From assembly GCA_017306025.1 (NCBI GenBank), contig JAFKJJ010000540.1:1640-65639 (forward strand): a stretch of 64,000 nucleotides of DNA, in the 5' to 3' direction. Made by a program: the position numbers and the translations under genes. Below, piece after piece: positions 59,416 through 64,000 of the stretch (positions are counted from its first letter, which is position 1; every line of letters begins with the position of its first letter). The notes under the pieces were generated by a model that was not told the DNA's origin, did not search any database, and saw nothing but the letters and a program-made list of their open reading frames with translations. Source of the DNA: Planctomycetota bacterium. Its GTDB lineage: Bacteria > Planctomycetota > Planctomycetia > Gemmatales > Gemmataceae.

Positions 59416-60052
59416 ATGAGGCACCCCGACTGGCCGGCGTTCGTCGCCGCGGTCGTCGCCGAGCCCGACGACAACGCGCTACGGCTCGTCGCGGCCGACT
59501 TCCTGGAGGAGCACGGCGCGGCCGACCGCGCCGCGTTCATCCGCATTCAGGTCGCGCTCGCGCGGTTGAAAGCGTCCGGGCTGGATCGGTCCCCCGAAGC
59601 GGTCGCCTTGCGGACACAAGAAACCGCGTTCTTCAGTTCGCTGTCGTGGGTCCTGCGACGCTGGGCCGCGGAGGACTGCCCGGAACTGATTCGCGGGACG
59701 CGGACGCAAGCGGGGCGCGATGGCCCTGCGCGGCGAAGACGCAGAGCGGCTGACGTGGCGCCGCGGGTTCGTGGAGGGGGTCAAGTGCCGGGCCGTCGAG
59801 TGGCTGCGGGTCGGCCTCGCGGTGCGGACGCGAAACCCGGTGCAGCGCGTCGTCCTCTCCCACTCCGGCGAGGTGACGCGCGACGACTGGCTCGCGGGCA
59901 TCGGAGCCCTTCGCGGGCTGTGCCAGGTCGATCTGAAGCACGCCCCCTTCGGGGCGCTGGTGCCCGCGGTCGGACGGGGGACCGAACTGGCCGAGTGGCT
60001 CCGCGAGCGGCTGCCCGGAACGCGGGTGAACATGGAGACCGGGTCGTCCTGA
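59416..60052 (+). pseudogene. Tandem TIGR02996 paralogue with a frameshift near 59700-59720
   Basis: MRHPDWPAFVAAVVAEPDD...CPELIR in one frame and AERLTWRRGFV...LPGTRV in the +1 frame, collinear with the upstream paralogue. Confidence 0.8.
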
Positions 60053-60060
60053 CCGCGACG

Positions 60061-61032
60061 TCACCCCAGGTCCCACATCACCACGCGGCCGCCCGTGCCC
60101 CCGGCCGCGGCGGTCAGCCCGTCGCCCGCGACCGCCAGCGCGCTCACCTTCGGCAGCCCCCATTTCCAGACGGTCAACACCGCGCCGGTCGCGAGGTCGT
60201 GCAGCTCGACGCGACTCTTTTCCCCGCGAACGATTACCTTCTCCCCACACGGCAGCAGGGCGAACGGCGGCGGTTGTTGGTCCGGTTGCGGTTGTGTGAT
60301 CGGGGCTGTGACGGCCGGCGTCAGCACCTGCGCAGGGGGCGGAACGAGGGTGCCGACCGCCGCGAGCGGTTCCGGTGCGAGTGACCGCGGCGGCGGAAGG
60401 GCGAAGACGAACAGGGTGTGCGGAGTGAGCGCGACGACGCGGGTCCCGTCCGGGGTGAACGCCGTGCGGACGGGCGCCGTCCCCGGTGGCGGTACGGGTA
60501 TGTCGAGCTTCGCGACGCGCGATTCGTCCGCGAGGTCGCAGACGAGGAATTGCCCGCCGTCGGTCGCGAGCCGTCCGACCGTGAACCGGTGGTCGGCGGT
60601 CAGCGCGCAGGCGGCCAGGTAGACCGGCTCTTGGGGCCGTGGTACCCACCAACTCGTCGGGCCGCGGCCGCGGTCGAAGCTGCCGGTGGCACTGATGAGG
60701 CCCGCCAGCGCCAGGGCGGATGTGCCCGGGGCGGCCGGCGGACGGTTGTGGTCGCCGGCCGGCGTCCAACCGCTCTGGAACCGCAGGAACGGCCGCCCCG
60801 CGGTTATCTCCGCGAGCCGAACGTCGGTGCGTTCGGCGTGCATCGAGTGGCGACCGGTCGGCGACAACTCGGACACGCTCGCGCTCTCCGTGTCGCGGCC
60901 GAGTTCGGCGCCGGTGATCGCGTCGAACAGCCGGAACCCGTAGCCCGACTGAACGGCACCGAGCCGCCGGCCGTCGGGCGACAGGGCCAGCGCGGTGATC
61001 GCGTGCCGGGGCTTGATCTGCAACGGGCGCAT
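60061..61032 (-). CDS. WD40 repeat protein
   Basis: ALALSPDG, FTPDG, WKWGL..V.ALAV..DG..AAAGG..G.VVMWD; same C-terminal pattern as the gene at 1435. Confidence 0.8.
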   Translation of the reverse strand: MRPLQIKPRHAITALALSPDGRRLGAVQSGYGFRLFDAITGAELGRDTESASVSELSPTGRHSMHAERTDVRLAEITAGRPFLRFQSGWTPAGDHNRPPAAPGTSALALAGLISATGSFDRGRGPTSWWVPRPQEPVYLAACALTADHRFTVGRLATDGGQFLVCDLADESRVAKLDIPVPPPGTAPVRTAFTPDGTRVVALTPHTLFVFALPPPRSLAPEPLAAVGTLVPPPAQVLTPAVTAPITQPQPDQQPPPFALLPCGEKVIVRGEKSRVELHDLATGAVLTVWKWGLPKVSALAVAGDGLTAAAGGTGGRVVMWDLG

Positions 61033-61080
61033 GAAGACGGGACACGTGGAACGGGCGGCCGGGTTCGCGGGGTAGGGCCT

Positions 61081-61115
61081 CGTAGTGAGCCCGGGCGCGG
61101 CGCGGGCTCACTACG
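61081..61115. repeat. Short GTAG-initiated palindrome / terminator-like hairpin
   Basis: CGTAGTGAGCCCG / CGGGCTCACTACG. Confidence 0.55.
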
Positions 61116-61126
61116 AACCCCGTGAT

Positions 61127-63700
61127 TCAATCCTCGGCCGTCGGAATGAACCCGGTGGGCGGGACGCGCGGCGCGGCGGGCGCACGGGGCGACGTCCGCG
61201 GCATCGGGGCCACCGGCATCGGCGGCGCGGGCGCCGAGACGGTCGTGCCCGTCCCGCTCGCGCCGCCCGCGATCGCGCTCTTCGCCTTCTTCCAATCGCG
61301 GACGTCCGCCGACACCACGTCCACCGCCTTGAGCAACTGGCCGTCGGTCCCGCGCGCCCAGTCGTCGGGCGTGATCTCCACCGGTACGTCCGGGATCACT
61401 CCCTGCTTCTCCATGTTCACGCCCTTGTTCGTGTACACGCCGATCCGCGGGATGCGGAACGACGAGCCGTCGATCAGGCGCGTGCTGCCGGTGCCGATGA
61501 CGAACCCGCCCGTCGCCTGCCCCACCACCTTGCCGAGCCCCAGCGCCCGGAACGCGTGCGGGAAGATCTCGGCGTCCGAGTAGGAGCGGTTGTTCGTCAC
61601 CACCGCCATCGGCTTCGTCCACTTGCGGTCGGTCGCGCGGAGCACGAGCCCCTCGCCGCCGTCGCGCTGCTTGAAGAACGTGTGCTCCTTGCCCGCGAGG
61701 TAGTTCAGCACCTGGTCGTGCGTGAACCCGCCGCCGTTGTAGCGCACGTCAATAACGATGGCCTCCTTGTCGAAGTGGTCCGAGTACAGCGCCCGCACGA
61801 ACGCGTCGAGCCCGGCGTCGTCCATGCTCGGGATGTGGATGTAGCCGATCTTGCCGCCGCCGGCCTTCGCCACCGCCTCCGCGTTCCGCTCCACCCACCG
61901 GTCGTACATCAGTTGCCCGATGCGCACGCGGTTGGCCCCGATGATCTCCACCTTCCGCTTGGTCTTCGCGTCCCGCGGGTCGCTCGCCACTTCCAGGAGC
62001 ACCGCCTCGTTGATCTTGTTGTTCAGCAGCTTCGAGACGTTCACCTTGTCGGTGAGTTCGACGCGGTCGATCGAGACCACGACGTCGCCGGGCTTGATGT
62101 CCAGCCCGCGCTTGTCGGCCGGCCCCCGCTTCAGCACCTCCGCGACCTTCAGCCCGGGACCCTTGTACTTGTCGTCGAAGATCAACCCGAGGTCGGCGGT
62201 CCACTCGTCCGGCGTCGGCATCTTCCCGCTGATGCCCAGGTGCGACGCGTTCAGCTCGCCGAGCATGAGGCTGACGAGCGCGTAGAGGTCCTCGCGGGTC
62301 GCGGCGTGCGGCACCAGCGGGAGGAACTTCGCCCGCACCGCCCGCCAGTCGGCGCCGTGGTGCTTGGCGTCGTAGAAGTTGTCCGAGAGGGCGCGCCAGC
62401 ACTGCGCGAACATCTCGGCGAACTCCTCGTCGCGCTTGATCGTCATCTTCGCGGCGAACGGCACCTTGCCCGGCTCGCCCGGCGCGCCGAACGTGAACCC
62501 GGTGCGCGCCGAGCGCAGTTCGCCGGAGCCGTTGAGGAAGTACACCGTGCCGCTCGACTTCTTCGCCCACCGGATCGAACTCGGCGACTGGTTCCCCGTC
62601 GTCAGCCGCGTGACGGACGAGCCGTTGGAGTTCGCGACCCACAGGTCGTCGCCGTTGGACAGTGACCTGAACGCGACCTGGCTCCCGTCAGGAGAGATCG
62701 CGCCGTACTCGGCGTGGGTGCTCGTGGGCCGCTCGACGCGCAGGTGAACGTCGTCCCAGTCGATCTGATCGGCCGGGGGCTTCGGGCTGCCGTTGGCGAC
62801 GGGCCTCTGGAGCGAGACGACGTGCATCGCGTAGTTCCCGCGGCGCTGGCCCACGAACGCGATCTTCCCGTTCTTGTCGCTCCACGACACGTCACTGTTC
62901 CACGTCGCGTGGCGCGAGACGTTCACCGGCGGGCCGCTGCCGTCGGTCGCGGCGATGTAGACCTCGGCCGAAAACGACCCGTCCATCCGGCAGAACGCGA
63001 CGTGCTTGCCGTCCGGGGACCAGTCGTAATCGAGCACCTTCTGGGCGGCCACCAGCACCCGCTGGTCGGAGCCGTCGGGCTTCATCAGCCAGAGCTTCCC
63101 CTCGCGGATGAACGCGATCAGGTCGCCCTTGGGGCTGAAACTCGCGCCGGTCTCCTCGCTCGTCGTACTGGTGAGCCGCGTCGTCTTGAACTTGTGCGCC
63201 CGGGTCAGCTCCGGGTGCTCCGGGTCGTCGTGTTCGAGCAGGTACAGGTCGACCGTACCGGAGCGGTCGGAGGAGAAGACGACCTTCTTGCCGTCGGGCG
63301 ACCACGCGGGGTTGCTGTCGGCGTAGACGTGCTCGGTGAGCCGCGCGGCCTTCCCGCCGCCGGGCACCCGGGTCAGGAACAGTTGGCCGTGGATGACGAG
63401 TACCGCGTGCTCCTCGGAGGGCGAGAGCGCGTACTCGGTGGCGTCGCGGGTGAAGGTGATGGCGCGCTCGGTGTTCGACTTGTCGTCCGCGTTCACCTCG
63501 ATCGCCAGTTTGCGGGGCGGTGCGGCGCTCCGCGTGCTGGTCACCCACAGGTCGGCGCCGCACTCGTAGACGACCCACTCGCCGTTGGCGGACACGCGCG
63601 CCCGCCGGACCGTGTCGTCGTCGTGCGCCGTGAGGCGCTTGATCGGGCCGACCGGCGAGCCGTCGGACGCGAGGTCCTGGCACACCACGTTCGCGCAGCC
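61127..63700 (-). CDS. Tricorn-like S41 peptidase with PD40 propellers and PDZ; 5' end missing
   Basis: WSPDGK repeats, MLGELNASH, GYIHIPSM, IDVRYNGGG, YSDAEIF, GKVVG..T.G, E..GV.PD. Confidence 0.9.
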   Translation of the reverse strand, partial: GCANVVCQDLASDGSPVGPIKRLTAHDDDTVRRARVSANGEWVVYECGADLWVTSTRSAAPPRKLAIEVNADDKSNTERAITFTRDATEYALSPSEEHAVLVIHGQLFLTRVPGGGKAARLTEHVYADSNPAWSPDGKKVVFSSDRSGTVDLYLLEHDDPEHPELTRAHKFKTTRLTSTTSEETGASFSPKGDLIAFIREGKLWLMKPDGSDQRVLVAAQKVLDYDWSPDGKHVAFCRMDGSFSAEVYIAATDGSGPPVNVSRHATWNSDVSWSDKNGKIAFVGQRRGNYAMHVVSLQRPVANGSPKPPADQIDWDDVHLRVERPTSTHAEYGAISPDGSQVAFRSLSNGDDLWVANSNGSSVTRLTTGNQSPSSIRWAKKSSGTVYFLNGSGELRSARTGFTFGAPGEPGKVPFAAKMTIKRDEEFAEMFAQCWRALSDNFYDAKHHGADWRAVRAKFLPLVPHAATREDLYALVSLMLGELNASHLGISGKMPTPDEWTADLGLIFDDKYKGPGLKVAEVLKRGPADKRGLDIKPGDVVVSIDRVELTDKVNVSKLLNNKINEAVLLEVASDPRDAKTKRKVEIIGANRVRIGQLMYDRWVERNAEAVAKAGGGKIGYIHIPSMDDAGLDAFVRALYSDHFDKEAIVIDVRYNGGGFTHDQVLNYLAGKEHTFFKQRDGGEGLVLRATDRKWTKPMAVVTNNRSYSDAEIFPHAFRALGLGKVVGQATGGFVIGTGSTRLIDGSSFRIPRIGVYTNKGVNMEKQGVIPDVPVEITPDDWARGTDGQLLKAVDVVSADVRDWKKAKSAIAGGASGTGTTVSAPAPPMPVAPMPRTSPRAPAAPRVPPTGFIPTAED

Positions 63701-64000
63701 GGCCCGGCTCCTCGCCGCTTTCCGCCGCGAGCGAGGCCGCGCCATAGACCGTCTGCATGGCGAGCAGTCTTGCGGTTTCCGCCGGCAGGCCGGCCTTCTC
63801 GGCCGCCGCGGAAAGACATTCGATGAAATGGAAGATATAGGCCGGGCCGGAACCGGATACCGCCGTCACCGCGTCCATCAGATCTTCCGATTCAATGCGG
63901 GCGACACGGCCGCTGGTCGACATCAGGCTTTCGATGAAGGCGTCCATTTCCGGCCCCACCTTGCCGTTCGACACCAGTACCATCATGCCCTTGCCAATGG
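63689..64000 (-). CDS. proC: Internal fragment of pyrroline-5-carboxylate reductase, foreign-looking, truncated at the junction
   Basis: IGKGM..., EDLMDAVTAVSGSGPAYIFHFIE.L..AA...GL..E.A..LA.QTV.GAA.L......P..LRE; the expected VTSP.GTT is absent. Confidence 0.88.

Noticed and set aside
62892-63986. 364-aa ProC-like ORF as a real fusion protein
   Set aside because: ProC similarity stops at ~63689 and the remainder is an off-frame reading of the tricorn gene.

Overview
High-GC bacterial DNA that reads as a Gemmataceae-type planctomycete, judging from DUF1559 prepilin-like, DUF1501, TIGR02996, PPC-domain, ECF-sigma/WD40 and orphan fhcB/fwdB genes. It holds housekeeping genes (metK, rpmI, rplT, ybeY, dapA), a GldA/F/G-like ABC + DUF4340 operon, many intergenic palindromic repeats, and a decaying metabolic cluster with three pseudogenes (26.7-32.9 kb). 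The best find is a gene missing from the ORF track (49821..50162, minus): a 113-aa predicted lipoprotein with a heavy-metal-associated (HMA) fold. Its GMTCxxC motif reads GMT-TGA-AT-C and is followed by a SECIS-like hairpin, so it is a candidate selenocysteine metal-binding lipoprotein. Other notable items are a Ser/Thr kinase-REC-degenerate HD-GYP fusion, a FwdB/FhcB lacking the Mo/W-ligand Cys, and an orphan four-gene operon (8.7-10.7 kb). The last ~300 bp are a foreign-looking proC fragment fused to a tricorn protease gene, probably a chimeric junction. All family calls come from motif recognition by eye; no searches were run.
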